A DNA stretch of 64,000 bases. Source: Candidatus Latescibacterota bacterium. Lineage in GTDB: Bacteria; Latescibacterota; UBA2968; GCA-2709665. Position numbers and translations under genes: made by a program. This document shows, one piece after another, positions 1 through 10,546 of the stretch. The first letter of the stretch is position 1; the number at the start of each line of letters is the position of its first letter. Below the pieces are notes generated by a model. It was not told where the DNA came from, made no database searches, and saw only the letters and a list, made by a program, of their open reading frames with translations. The stretch lies in assembly GCA_965226795.1 (NCBI GenBank), contig CBDDDZ010000005.1, forward strand, positions 384,001-448,000, written 5' to 3'.

Positions 1-306
1 ATTGTCGGAGTGGAGTGCGACGGCGGCGACATTGAATTCAGGGATGGAAAGCCATACTTCACCGGCAGCGACGGAATCAGCCCACACTACCGGATCATAG
101 CGATCGGAGACGCCGAGGACCACGGATTCAACGCGGACCTCGGCATTCACTATGACCGGTTCTTTGCGACCGTCGCGGTAAACGAGACCGAGTTCAAGGG
201 GACAGTCTTCACGGCGGCAACCATGGAATGGTCGCACGGTCTCTACCGGAACGGCGGTCCGGTGGCGCAGATCACCCGCAATGTCCTGAACCGACTGGGG
301 GGATAA
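1..306 (+). CDS. C-terminal fragment of an N,N-dimethylformamidase beta-subunit-like protein (5' end outside the window)
   Basis: Frame is open from base 1. The ending GTVFTAATMEWSHGL...VAQITRNVLNRL resembles the C-terminus of this family (recognised by eye). Confidence 0.6.
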   Translation: MVGVECDGGDIEFRDGKPYFTGSDGISPHYRIIAIGDAEDHGFNADLGIHYDRFFATVAVNETEFKGTVFTAATMEWSHGLYRNGGPVAQITRNVLNRLGG

Positions 307-383
307 CCAGCGTTCGCGGATTCTCCCACGCGCCCGTCGGCATTGCTGTCATTCTGCGCTTGACTTTGTCGGAGACGGGCTAC

Positions 384-1553
384 ATGATCCGTCTTATGGC
401 TAATGGCGGCACGACGTACGACGTGGTTGTGGCCGGACTGGGCGCGATGGGCAGTGCGGCCGTGTACCATCTGGCAAAGCGCGGAAAGCGAGTGGCGGGT
501 TTCGACCGGTTTCATCCGCCGCACACCCACGGTTCGTCCCACGGATACGCGCGGGTAATCCGGGAAGCATACGCCAGCGGGCCGGCCTATGTAAATTTAG
601 TCCGACGCGCGTACGCGCTGTGGGAAATGCTGGAAGACGAAAGCGGCACGGAACTTGTCAAGACCTACGGCCACCTGTCCATGCGACCCCCGGGCGGGGC
701 CGAACGCCACGGGGTTCTGGAAAGCGCGCGTGCGTACAATATCCCGGTTGAGCGGGTCTCGGCGGAAGACGTACGACGGCGGTATCCCATGTTTCGCGTC
801 GAGGGCGGCTGGGAGGGCGTCTATGAGCCGAGGGCGGGCGCCGTCTTTCCGGAGGCGTGCATCGACGCGCATCTGAGCCGGGCGGAAGCCGCGGGGGCAG
901 AATTGAACTTCGATTGCCCAGTGCTGGACTGGTCGCCCGATGGACGCGGGGTGCGGGTGAGGTTGCAGTCGGGCGTAATATCGGCGGGCAGGCTGGTCGT
1001 CTGTGCGGGCGCGTGGGTCTCCCGGCTCGTGGCGGATCTGGCGCTCCCTGTCGATATCGAGCGGATGACGCTGTTTTTTTTTCAGCCGTTACGGAACCCG
1101 GGGATGTTTGCGCCCGGGCGCTGCCCCAATAATTCCTGGGTGTGCGAGAACGGTGTTTCGTTCTACTGTCAGCCGGATTTCGGCCGCGGGTTCAAGGCGG
1201 CGATGCATTGCGGACGCGCCGGGGCAGACCCGGAAACGCTCGTGCGGACGACCACTGCGGAGGATGAAGCGGAGATACGTCCACTGGTGGAACGATTTAT
1301 ACCCGATGCGGCGGGGCCTGCGACGGAGAGCCACGTTTGCATGTACACGAATCTTCCGGATTCCAGGTGGCTCGTGGACTACCATCCCGAGTTTGAGCAG
1401 GTCATTATCGCCTCACCGTGTTCCGGACACGGGTTCAAGTTTTCTTCCGCGATCGGGGAAATCGTGGCGAATATGTGTATGGGTGAAGCCTATGAAGCGG
1501 ATCGCGGGATGTTCGGCATCTCGCCGCTTCTGGCGCGAGGATCGCGGACATGA
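384..1553 (+). CDS. solA: FAD-dependent monomeric sarcosine oxidase / N-methyl-L-tryptophan oxidase family protein
   Basis: GLGAMG dinucleotide motif, GSSHG..R.IR, CMYT and CSGHGFKF. ATG at 384 follows GGAGA. Confidence 0.85.
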   Translation: MIRLMANGGTTYDVVVAGLGAMGSAAVYHLAKRGKRVAGFDRFHPPHTHGSSHGYARVIREAYASGPAYVNLVRRAYALWEMLEDESGTELVKTYGHLSMRPPGGAERHGVLESARAYNIPVERVSAEDVRRRYPMFRVEGGWEGVYEPRAGAVFPEACIDAHLSRAEAAGAELNFDCPVLDWSPDGRGVRVRLQSGVISAGRLVVCAGAWVSRLVADLALPVDIERMTLFFFQPLRNPGMFAPGRCPNNSWVCENGVSFYCQPDFGRGFKAAMHCGRAGADPETLVRTTTAEDEAEIRPLVERFIPDAAGPATESHVCMYTNLPDSRWLVDYHPEFEQVIIASPCSGHGFKFSSAIGEIVANMCMGEAYEADRGMFGISPLLARGSRT

Positions 1554-2521
1554 CGATTCAGGATCACGTCTCCTGGGGCAGTTTCAACGATGATACGCTG
1601 CGTTTTTCGCGGGCGATCGGCGCGGACATGATTTGCCTGGATATTCGGGCGATGCATGGAGTGGATGCTTCGATGGATCTACGGGACGGCCGGGACAGCA
1701 GACCGTTTTTTGACGCCGCCCGAAAAAAGGTGGAAGCCTACGGCATGACGTTGAACAGCGTCTTTATGGCGGGGTGGGACGAACTGGCTTTCGGCCTCCC
1801 CGATCGCGACGAAAAGCTCGAAGCGTGGTGCCGGATGTTGCGGTGTATGGGCGACGTGGGCATTTCCGCGCTTGGTTACAATTTCAAGCCGATGGGTAAT
1901 TTCCGCACCGCATCCACGCCGCCCGGGAGAGGCGGCGCCAGATACAGTACGTTCGATTACGGCGAGTTTTCCCGGAACAGGCCCCAGCCCAGGGTTCCGC
2001 CGGTCGATGAGGCGGAAATGTGGGAGAACATGTCGTATTTCCTCAAGGGTGTGATACCGGTGGCCGAGGACGCCGGGGTACGGATGGCCCTGCACCCGGA
2101 CGACCCGCCAATCCCCGAACCGCTTGGCGGTGTTGCCCAGATCGTGTCCACGCTGGACCAGTACCGCCGGATTTTCGCAGCGGCGCCGGGGGACTGTAAC
2201 GGGATGTTGTTCTGCCAGGGCTGCGTGACGGAAATGGGGGTGGATGTCTACGGAACCATCCGTGAGATGGGACTCCGGAACAAGATCGTCTTCGTGCATT
2301 TCAGGAACGTCCGGGGGGCCTTGCCCAGTTTCCAGGAGGTGTTTCTGGATGAGGGTGACGTGAATATGCTTCGGGCGATGGAGGTATACAAGGAGGTCGG
2401 GTTCAACGGGCCTTTCATGATGGATCATACGCCGGGCATCCCTGGAGACGGGAAATTCAGGGCCGGGCACGCCTACGCCGTGGGATATATCCGCGCATTG
2501 ATACAGGCGGTCTACGGTTAG
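1550..2521 (+). CDS. uxuA: Mannonate dehydratase (UxuA)-like protein, paralog 1
   Basis: MALHPDDPP, FCQGC, VHFRNVRG, F.E.F.DEGD and MMDHTP motifs. ATGA overlap with the upstream gene. Confidence 0.8.
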   Translation: MTIQDHVSWGSFNDDTLRFSRAIGADMICLDIRAMHGVDASMDLRDGRDSRPFFDAARKKVEAYGMTLNSVFMAGWDELAFGLPDRDEKLEAWCRMLRCMGDVGISALGYNFKPMGNFRTASTPPGRGGARYSTFDYGEFSRNRPQPRVPPVDEAEMWENMSYFLKGVIPVAEDAGVRMALHPDDPPIPEPLGGVAQIVSTLDQYRRIFAAAPGDCNGMLFCQGCVTEMGVDVYGTIREMGLRNKIVFVHFRNVRGALPSFQEVFLDEGDVNMLRAMEVYKEVGFNGPFMMDHTPGIPGDGKFRAGHAYAVGYIRALIQAVYG

Positions 2522-2615
2522 ATATGGCCTGTCGGCGACTTTCGTGAGCAACCCCCGCCGGAATTGCGCCGTCAGCCACCTTTTGTCGATGTTTCAGAAT
2601 GGAGGGATTGTCCGA

Positions 2616-3569
2616 ATGTATATTCAGGAGCAGCTTCCGTGGGACCAGATCAATCACGACACGCTGAGTTTTTTTCAGGCGATCGGTGTCGATTACTTAA
2701 CCGTGAACTCGATTCCGCCAGACGTGCGACAGGGCCGGGACCGCACGGATTTCTGGAAGGATCTGAAAAAGCTGACCGAGTCACACGGGATGAAGCTGAT
2801 GAATCTGGCAGCAACCGGATGGGACGAGGTTTCCCTGGCGCTTGAGGATCGCGACGAAAAGATCGAGGCGTGGTGTGGGTTGTTGCGGAGCATGGGCGAG
2901 GTCGCCATTCCCACGCTGGGGTACAACTTCAAGCCGGCGGGCAATTTCCGCACGGAGTCCGTTCCGCCCGGCAGGGGGGGCGCCAGATACAGTACATTCG
3001 ACTACGGGAAGTTAATGGAGGATCCGCCGTACTACCCCGATAAGGCCATTTCCGAGGAGAAAATTCTAGAAAATATCCGGTATTTCCTGGAACGCGTTAT
3101 TCCCGTAGCAGAAGAAAACGGCGTTCGCATGGCGCTGCATCCCGACGATCCGCCCATTCCGGAACCGCTCGCCGGCGCTGCCAGGATCGTGTCCACCCTC
3201 GAACAATACCATCACATATTCGATATGGTCCCCAGCCGCAGCAACGCCATGTTGTTCTGCCAGGGCTGCGTCGCGGAGATGGGGGTGAATGTATGCGACG
3301 CCATCCGGGATATCGGAGGCCGGGACAGGATCGTATACGTGCATTTCCGGAATATCCGGGGCGGCCCCAGGAGTTTTCAGGAGGTCTTCGTGGATGAGGG
3401 GGATCAGGACATGTACGAGGCGATGCAGACCTACAAAGAAGTGGGCTTCGAGGGGCCGTTCATGATGGATCATACACCCGGTTTTCCGAACCCGGATTCC
3501 ACGGTATGGGCGGGACGCGCGTTTGCCGTAGGGTATATGCGGGCTTTGATCCAGGCGGTCTATCAATAG
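2616..3569 (+). CDS. uxuA: Mannonate dehydratase (UxuA)-like protein, paralog 2
   Basis: Same motifs as paralog 1. ATG at 2616 follows GGAGGG. Confidence 0.8.
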   Translation: MYIQEQLPWDQINHDTLSFFQAIGVDYLTVNSIPPDVRQGRDRTDFWKDLKKLTESHGMKLMNLAATGWDEVSLALEDRDEKIEAWCGLLRSMGEVAIPTLGYNFKPAGNFRTESVPPGRGGARYSTFDYGKLMEDPPYYPDKAISEEKILENIRYFLERVIPVAEENGVRMALHPDDPPIPEPLAGAARIVSTLEQYHHIFDMVPSRSNAMLFCQGCVAEMGVNVCDAIRDIGGRDRIVYVHFRNIRGGPRSFQEVFVDEGDQDMYEAMQTYKEVGFEGPFMMDHTPGFPNPDSTVWAGRAFAVGYMRALIQAVYQ

Positions 3570-3672
3570 ACAACCGGTCTCCGGGCTCCCGGCGACAGGA
3601 CGTCCTTCCCGGCGCCACCGGGCGCCGGCGGGTCGGAAATCGGGCCATGACGTGCAAAGACTGGAGGGGACT

Positions 3673-4680
3673 ATGGCGAAGTCGGAGAAGAAAACAAAAA
3701 AAAAGATCCAGCAGAAAAAAACCGTACGTGTGGCGATGATCGGCGCGGGCGGTCGCGCAACCAGTGCGCATTACCCCGCGCTCAAGGCACTGGAGGGCGT
3801 CGAGATGGTGGCCGTGTCGGAATTGAGCAGTCAAAGGATGGCCGATGCGGCCGAACGGTTCGGCATACCGGGGCAGTATTCGAATTACAGGGAGATGATT
3901 GAAAAGGAAAAACCCGATGCGGTGTATGCCATTATGCCGCCCCACCATCTGTACGATATCGCGGCAAACGTGATGGAGATGGGTTGCCACCTGTTCATCG
4001 AAAAACCCCCTGCGATGACAACGGAACAGACCCGGCAGATGGCGCTTCTGGCGCGGAAGCATAAAGTGCTGACCGGCGTGACGTTCCAGCGGCGATTTGC
4101 GCCTCTGATCCGCTACGGGAAGGAACTCTGCGAGAAGCGGGGGGCCGTTCACAGCGCCGTGGCCACGTTTTACAAAAATGCCGTGGGTGGCGCGCCGTAT
4201 TACAGGGGCGCGATCGATATCCTCACGTCCGACGCCATTCACGCGGTGGACACACTCCGCTACCTCTGCGGCGGCGAGGTGGAATCCGTGGCCAGCGATG
4301 TACGACGGGAGGGCGCCACCCACACCAATATTTACCTGGCGCTGGTGAGATTCAGTTCCGGGGCAACGGGTGTGCTTCTCACCAACTGGATGACGGGGCG
4401 TCGCATATTCTCCGTGGAAATCCATTCGCCCGGGATTTCGGTATTCGGGGATCCGGAAGAGGGCGGGCGGGTATACGCGGACAATAAGGACGAACCTATA
4501 GAAGTGCTCGATCCGTTCAGGCTCGGAGGTGGTGACGATGCCTGGCGTGCTTTCGGCGCGTACGATATCAACCGTCACTTTATCGACTGTATCAGAGACG
4601 GAAAACAGCCGGAAACGTGTCTGGAGGATGCGGTAAAGACAATGGAGCTTGTGGATCGGATTTATCAGTCACAGATTTAG
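3673..4680 (+). CDS. Gfo/Idh/MocA family oxidoreductase
   Basis: IGAGG Rossmann motif, EKP, FQRRF, D..IH..D. Confidence 0.9.
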   Translation: MAKSEKKTKKKIQQKKTVRVAMIGAGGRATSAHYPALKALEGVEMVAVSELSSQRMADAAERFGIPGQYSNYREMIEKEKPDAVYAIMPPHHLYDIAANVMEMGCHLFIEKPPAMTTEQTRQMALLARKHKVLTGVTFQRRFAPLIRYGKELCEKRGAVHSAVATFYKNAVGGAPYYRGAIDILTSDAIHAVDTLRYLCGGEVESVASDVRREGATHTNIYLALVRFSSGATGVLLTNWMTGRRIFSVEIHSPGISVFGDPEEGGRVYADNKDEPIEVLDPFRLGGGDDAWRAFGAYDINRHFIDCIRDGKQPETCLEDAVKTMELVDRIYQSQI

Positions 4681-4831
4681 ATTCCTGCAGTGTGACTTCT
4701 GCGAAAAATGGGTTTACGTTTATTCATACTGCTTGTTTAACGATTCGTGTTAATGACAATGAGTCATGGGCAGGGCGTGGCGTTTACGGCCTGCCTGCCG
4801 CACCAGGCGCTTGCTGATGGAGAGAGTTGAG

Positions 4832-5650
4832 ATGAAATACATCATGTTTACGAAACATCTGGAGGGTCTGGATGTGCCCGGCATCATTGCCGCGTTAAAA
4901 TCGGTCGGTGTACAGGGCGCCGACCTGTGCGTGCGCCCGGGCTATCCGGTACATCCCGGTAATGTCGAAACGGCGTTGCCGGAAGCGGCACGGAGGTTTG
5001 CCGACGAAGGGCTTTCCATTCCTCTGGTAACCACGCCGGGCGACTTCATCAGGCCCGAGTTGGATTATGCGGACCGGCTGTACGCGGCCTGCGGCGAAGC
5101 TGGCGTGAGGCATATCAAACTGGGGTACTGGCACTGGGCGGCGGGGATCGATTATTGGGAAGAATTGGAGGCGGTGCGGGGGCATCTCGAAGGATTTCAA
5201 ACCCTTTCCGAGAAACACGGGGTCCAGACCGTGGTGCACAACCACTCTGGCCTCTCGATGGGCCTCAACTCCTGTGCGGCCATGAATGCGGTCAAGGGCT
5301 TTGATCCCCGGCATATCGGTGTGTTCGCCGATCCCGGGCATCTTTCCATCTGTGGAGAGCCGATCGAACTGGCGCTGAATATCGTAAAGTCGCATCTGTC
5401 CGTGATGGCGCTCAAAGATCTGATCCGGCAGCCGATACTGCAGAACGGCAGGACAACCTGGCGCACAAGGGTGGTCCGGCTGGGAGAGGGGTTTGGAGAC
5501 TGGCCCGCATTGTTGCGCGCGTTCAAGGCGGTGAACTTCGACGGACCCCTGAGTTTCCATAGCGAATACAGCGGGGAACCGGTGGACACGGTTATCGATC
5601 TGGCCAGGTCGGACGTGCGGTTTTTCACCGCGTTGCAAAAAGAGGGGTAA
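4832..5650 (+). CDS. Sugar phosphate isomerase/epimerase (xylose-isomerase-like TIM barrel)
   Basis: HNHSG, DPGH, KD, G.G..DW and SFHSEY pattern. Alternative ATG at 4817. Confidence 0.8.
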   Translation: MKYIMFTKHLEGLDVPGIIAALKSVGVQGADLCVRPGYPVHPGNVETALPEAARRFADEGLSIPLVTTPGDFIRPELDYADRLYAACGEAGVRHIKLGYWHWAAGIDYWEELEAVRGHLEGFQTLSEKHGVQTVVHNHSGLSMGLNSCAAMNAVKGFDPRHIGVFADPGHLSICGEPIELALNIVKSHLSVMALKDLIRQPILQNGRTTWRTRVVRLGEGFGDWPALLRAFKAVNFDGPLSFHSEYSGEPVDTVIDLARSDVRFFTALQKEG

Positions 5651-5672
5651 CCGGCCTTCGAACCCGCAAACG

Positions 5673-5710
5673 CAGAGGGCGACCAGTAGAACCGGGTCGC
5701 CCTCTCTTTG
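5673..5710. terminator. Hairpin between convergent genes, likely terminator
   Basis: AGAGGGCGACC...GGTCGCCCTCT followed by CTTTG. Confidence 0.5.
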
Positions 5711-5728
5711 ATTTCCGGAAGCCGGCAC

Positions 5729-8700
5729 TCAGTCCAGGAACGCTCTGCAGTTCGCCCGGATTCGAAATCGCCCATCCTTTTGCCGGAGGGCCGTAGCCGT
5801 CGGCGTGACGGCTACGGAGTCGCCCGGTCCGATGTCGTAGAGATATGCTATTTCGCCAACCCTGAACCTTGCGGCGAGGTCGTGTTTGCCCACCAGCCGG
5901 ATGCCGGCATCGCGGCGTGCGCCTGGCCGGTGAGGCGCGAGGTCGACGTCGTCAACGGGCAGCCAGATGGTGTGGTCTTTGTCCGTGAGCCATGCGCCAC
6001 GGTAATAACCCTGGGCCGCCATATACAGGTTGGTCTTGGTGGACAAGCCCGTTCCATCCGGATTTCGTCCGGTGATCACGAACCGGCCTATTCGGAGACT
6101 GTCGGTACCGAAGCGGATGCGATATCGCCGGCCCTTGCCTTCCACGGCGGTGATATTGTAGGCTGTGGCACGGCGGGCGTTCCCGATACGGGCGACTTCA
6201 CCCTTGAGGCCCGCCGTGCGAAAGGCCTGGCTGTTGCGATCCCGTTCTATGGCAATGGTGGAAGACACCGGATCGATTTCTACGATATGCCCGTGAAGCG
6301 CTTTGGGTATGGAGAGACTACGCCCGTCGGCGCTGATGCTACCCGGGCCGGACAGGTGTAAGGAAATCAGTTTCCCCACCGCATCGTGGCGTACGATTCC
6401 GAAGCTGCTGCCGGAAGGGCCAAGGACATGGCGGATCGTATCTTCACCGTATTGGTGTTTAACTTTCAGCGCAAGGCTTTCGTCTCCGGCATCCAGTTGC
6501 TCGACGGCGTGGATCTTCTTACTACCTTTAAAGGGTTCATGAACGGCCACAAAGCGGCTGGCGACCCCCTCCCCCTCGTTGCGCAGCAGCACGTAAGTGA
6601 GTTGTTTCGGGTTGCCCGGCTTTCTGGGGGGATCTCCGTGGGCGACGATGGCTTCGCCCGAAGGCAGGAAAATCGTATTAAGGCCGATGCCGGTCTTTCC
6701 GTCTCGCCAGGTTGAGGACCACGCCGCGGTCGGATTCCCGCGTCGCGTGTCGTACAGATAGGAGTAGCCGCCCCCCCGGTAGGTGTAATAGGAGCGGCCC
6801 TTCCTTAACGGGTCGGTGAGGCCGTCGTCGTCGTAAATGGCGCCGTAAGGCACATCCGGGCCGGCAAGGGTGCCCTGCCGCTGCGGCGGGGTGAGTTCGA
6901 TGTCGTTCACCGTAAATTCACTCTCAAATCCGTGCAGGCTGTAGTCGTGTTGCGCTCCCCCCGCCACGCGGAAGCAGTCGAGGACGTAGCGGGCGTCCTT
7001 TGCGATTTCGATGAGCGCGACAGTCCGCCGGTATTCGGAAGTATGGTGATAGGTGTCCGGGGCGTCGACCTGCACCCAGGTCAGGCCGCCGGTGCTGACG
7101 AATTGCTCCAGTCTGCCTGGCCCCTGCGTATCCTGCCTTCGTCCGTCTACCACGACCGTGGCGTGGGCCACAGTGTTCTTTGTCCATATCGCGGGACGGT
7201 CTCCCTCGGCGGCGTGCTCGCCGTAACCGAGATCCGGTATGAGTTTTCGGCCGTATGCGAAGAGTTCGATGTTGAGTCGATCGAAATGCGCGTGTTCGGT
7301 GGCCGCCCGTCCGTAGTACAGCGCCGCGGCTATGCGTTCGCGCCCTCTCCCCGACCGCAGCAGGGCGAGGCCGCAGCCGCCCATGAGCCGGCTTTTTGTC
7401 GTCATCTCCTTGAGTTCTTCGGCGCCATCTTCGTGTAACGAGGGCACAACCGATTCTTCCAGCATGGACTCGAAACTGTTGACGCCGGTCTCCCGCCCGC
7501 GGAGAAGTTCGCCGACAAAGGCGTCGCCCGTGGCTCTGTACGCCGCCCGCAGGGTATCGCTTCCGAGGGCGACATGGCCGCCGATCACGGTTCCGGCGTC
7601 GCCAATGCACGGGGTGAAGTGATCCAGGCACGTCATTTCCGCGGCCCAGCGGTACATGCGCCGGAACTTTGGCCTGTCCCAGATCCGAATTCCCAGGTCT
7701 TCCAATAGGCGGGCGATAACCGTAAGGTGTGTGACCCACCCGCTGTTGTAGCTGGGGGAACTCTCCCATCCCATACCCTCACGGAAGATAAGGTTGTCCA
7801 GGGCGAAGTTGATCCCTTCCGCATGGGCGGCCTTGTCACGAAAGAGGTACCCGTCGAAGTGGGTGAGCATTTCTTTGAGTTCCGTGGCTTCGCCGGTGTT
7901 GTTCATTGTCCATTCTACAGCTTTGACGATTTCATTCCGGTCTCCCGAAGCGAGTGCGGCAATCAGCAGGGCTTCCTGGTGTCCGCCGTAGTTGCTTCGG
8001 ACGTGGCCCCCGTAGATTCCGTCGAGGCTCGCGCCGATAATGCCGGCTTCGAGCTTCCGTCGAAATCCGTCGCCATCTGAGGCGAAAACGGGGTCGTAGG
8101 GGATGGCGTCGCGGACGGCATCCAGGGCCTGGCAAAGCCGGCGTACGGTCCCCGCTTCGGAAATGAGATCGTTCATTTTTCCGGTATAGCCGGGTGAGAA
8201 CTCCAGGGCGTACATGGATTGCCTGCTGTAATCCATGTGTGGATAGACTTCCGCGAGCCGGTCCAGAATCACGAGCGCTTTGTGAGCGTAACGGCCGTCG
8301 CCGCTGAGCAGATAGGCCTGCCCAAGGGAGGTAAGGCCGGCAATGACCGCGTTCCAGATACCACCACAACAATAGGCGATAAACCAGTGGCGAAAGGGTC
8401 CGTCATCGCTCCGCCAGCCCCATCCGTCGTCCGCGTAGGGGCCGGTGAGCAGGCTGCGGTCTTCCATGCCGCTTTCGTAGAATGCCTCAAAGTCGTTGCT
8501 GGGATAGGACTCGCCGCCCAAGGCGCAGGTGACGCGCCATCTGTCCTTGAAGGGATCGTGTTTCCACCCACCCTGCGCGTACCCGCCGTACCCGTTGGGC
8601 CCGCTGCCGTGGACGGGACAGCCGCTGACGAAGTTGATCGTCCAGCTGCGAGGTACGCCAGAACTCGGCATCAGCCTGCGGATAAAATCCTGATCCCGGT

Positions 8701-8812
8701 CCAGCCATGGATTCGCGTCGTCAAAGACGCGCCCCGCGATTTTTTTGGCGGCCGGATCCTCCGCCGCGCGTTGCCGGGCAAGCTGGATCTGTTCCGGTGT
8801 GTAGAGATTCAC
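5729..8812 (-). CDS. Heparinase II/III-family (oligosaccharide lyase-like) protein
   Basis: About 1027 aa. Contains E.S..YN, HAHFDRLNIELFAYG, DLGY and HATVVVDG. GTG at 8812 follows AAGGAG. Confidence 0.75.
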   Translation of the reverse strand: MNLYTPEQIQLARQRAAEDPAAKKIAGRVFDDANPWLDRDQDFIRRLMPSSGVPRSWTINFVSGCPVHGSGPNGYGGYAQGGWKHDPFKDRWRVTCALGGESYPSNDFEAFYESGMEDRSLLTGPYADDGWGWRSDDGPFRHWFIAYCCGGIWNAVIAGLTSLGQAYLLSGDGRYAHKALVILDRLAEVYPHMDYSRQSMYALEFSPGYTGKMNDLISEAGTVRRLCQALDAVRDAIPYDPVFASDGDGFRRKLEAGIIGASLDGIYGGHVRSNYGGHQEALLIAALASGDRNEIVKAVEWTMNNTGEATELKEMLTHFDGYLFRDKAAHAEGINFALDNLIFREGMGWESSPSYNSGWVTHLTVIARLLEDLGIRIWDRPKFRRMYRWAAEMTCLDHFTPCIGDAGTVIGGHVALGSDTLRAAYRATGDAFVGELLRGRETGVNSFESMLEESVVPSLHEDGAEELKEMTTKSRLMGGCGLALLRSGRGRERIAAALYYGRAATEHAHFDRLNIELFAYGRKLIPDLGYGEHAAEGDRPAIWTKNTVAHATVVVDGRRQDTQGPGRLEQFVSTGGLTWVQVDAPDTYHHTSEYRRTVALIEIAKDARYVLDCFRVAGGAQHDYSLHGFESEFTVNDIELTPPQRQGTLAGPDVPYGAIYDDDGLTDPLRKGRSYYTYRGGGYSYLYDTRRGNPTAAWSSTWRDGKTGIGLNTIFLPSGEAIVAHGDPPRKPGNPKQLTYVLLRNEGEGVASRFVAVHEPFKGSKKIHAVEQLDAGDESLALKVKHQYGEDTIRHVLGPSGSSFGIVRHDAVGKLISLHLSGPGSISADGRSLSIPKALHGHIVEIDPVSSTIAIERDRNSQAFRTAGLKGEVARIGNARRATAYNITAVEGKGRRYRIRFGTDSLRIGRFVITGRNPDGTGLSTKTNLYMAAQGYYRGAWLTDKDHTIWLPVDDVDLAPHRPGARRDAGIRLVGKHDLAARFRVGEIAYLYDIGPGDSVAVTPTATALRQKDGRFRIRANCRAFLD

Positions 8813-9325
8813 TTGGGCTCCTTGTCCTTTGTGATACCCGACACGGACGTTCCGGTCCGCTCCGGTGAACATGCTGACCGGGCGCCCTTGGGCATCGATG
8901 CGGCGCCGCAAGATCGGGCCATCAGTATTTCGAAAGCGAGATGAATTCGCAAGGGTAATCTCGACCGCCGGTATGAAATATGGCAGGTGAATAGGCGCGC
9001 GGTGGATCACACACCCGGCCAACGAAAACGCTTGATCCCCGCGCCGGGCGCCGCCATCCTGCGCGAAGTTGATGCCGGGGATGGCGCGGGACGGGTTGTG
9101 ATGAACTCCATTCACGCGCCCCTTGCCGAAGCGCTTGACGGTTGGCCCGATTTTTGATAAATAGTCAATGTTCTCCGGCGGATTTGTCGCACCGGTTCAG
9201 CTTCAACGCATCAGCGAAGAACCGGGTTTCAGGCGGCAGTTCTCCGGGTCGAGCCTTGTCTTGGGCTTCATTTGCCGTCGCAGGGCCGGGTATACGGAAC
9301 AGCGCGCATTCGAGGGGGTACCTGT

Positions 9326-10267
9326 ATGGATTACCGCACGCTCGGACGAACGGGGCTTCGCGTTTCCGTCCTGGGCATTGGTACGGGCGGCCCGAGCCAA
9401 TTTGGACAGGGATCGGGCGTACCTGAGGCCGATGTTGGCCGAATGGTGCGCAGGGCACTGGCGTTGGGTGTCAACTTTTTCGATACCGCTGCGGGGTACG
9501 GGGAAAGCGAGGCCATTCTCGGCAGGGCATTGACGGGGGTGCCGCGGGAGGATTACGTACTGGCAACCAAGGTGCAGGTGGCACGGGATGAATGGACCGC
9601 CAAACCCGAAGACGTGGTTTCCTCCGTTGAGCGGAGTCTTGCGCGGCTCAGGGTGGACGCCATTGACATTATGCAGTTCCACGGCGTGAAACCGGAAGAC
9701 TATGCCCGCACGATGGAGCTTTTCCTGCCGGTGATGTCACGGCTTCGGGAGCAGGGCAAGTTCCGGTTTCTGGGCGTATCGGAGACATATTCACTGGATC
9801 CCGGACACGAGATGTTTCCGATGGCGCTTGCCGACGACTATTTTGACACGGCAATGGTCGGATACAATATGATCAGTCCCACGGCGGAGCATGCCTTGTT
9901 GCCGATGTGCCAGGAAAAAAACGTGGGTGTGATTTGTATGGTGGCGGTACGCCGGGCATTGAGCAAGCCGGAAGTATTGGCTGAACGCATCGCCTATGCG
10001 AAGGGGAAAGGCCTGATTGAGCGGGATTCCGTGCCGGCCGACGATCCGCTGGGTTGGCTGGTGAAGGGGCATGTGACTTCGCTGCCGGCGGCCGCTTATA
10101 AATACGTGGCGTCGCATCCGGCGATGGGCACGGTTCTGACCGGTACGGCGAACATCGAACACCTGGAGGCTAACGTGAAAGCCATTCTCGGTCCGCCGCT
10201 GCCGGAGGAAGACATGGCGCGGCTGCGAGGTATCTTCGGCGCTGTGTGGGAGCCCCTGGGGAATTGA
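9326..10267 (+). CDS. Aldo/keto reductase
   Basis: MDYRTLGRTGLRVS, FDTA..YG.SE, SL.RL..D.ID. Confidence 0.9.
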   Translation: MDYRTLGRTGLRVSVLGIGTGGPSQFGQGSGVPEADVGRMVRRALALGVNFFDTAAGYGESEAILGRALTGVPREDYVLATKVQVARDEWTAKPEDVVSSVERSLARLRVDAIDIMQFHGVKPEDYARTMELFLPVMSRLREQGKFRFLGVSETYSLDPGHEMFPMALADDYFDTAMVGYNMISPTAEHALLPMCQEKNVGVICMVAVRRALSKPEVLAERIAYAKGKGLIERDSVPADDPLGWLVKGHVTSLPAAAYKYVASHPAMGTVLTGTANIEHLEANVKAILGPPLPEEDMARLRGIFGAVWEPLGN

Positions 10268-10546
10268 CTCTGTGGGGAGAAAGGTGGATGTTGAGCAGCA
10301 GGGTTCCGAACATCGGAAAACGGGTCCACCCCGACACGGGCGGATCTTCGGTTTAGATACCTCCCGACGGGGCGTGCCGGTTTCCGGCGCATTGCACGCA
10401 GTGCTGTACCGATTCGGCCGGATGGCCATTCGCCCTGTGTTGATCATCCACGCTCAGCATGACATAGAGCTCCACTCGCTTGCATCCGATGCCGCTGAAT
10501 TCTGATAGCTATACGTTGACCGCTCGTTAGCCGAAAGGAGCGATCC

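Noticed and set aside
4690..4760. LacI-type operator in the AT-rich gap
   Set aside because: Only a weak partial palindrome and no regulator nearby.
8813..9325. Possible small gene or ncRNA between the heparinase-like and aldo-keto reductase genes
   Set aside because: No recognisable protein motif, RNA structure or repeat similarity.
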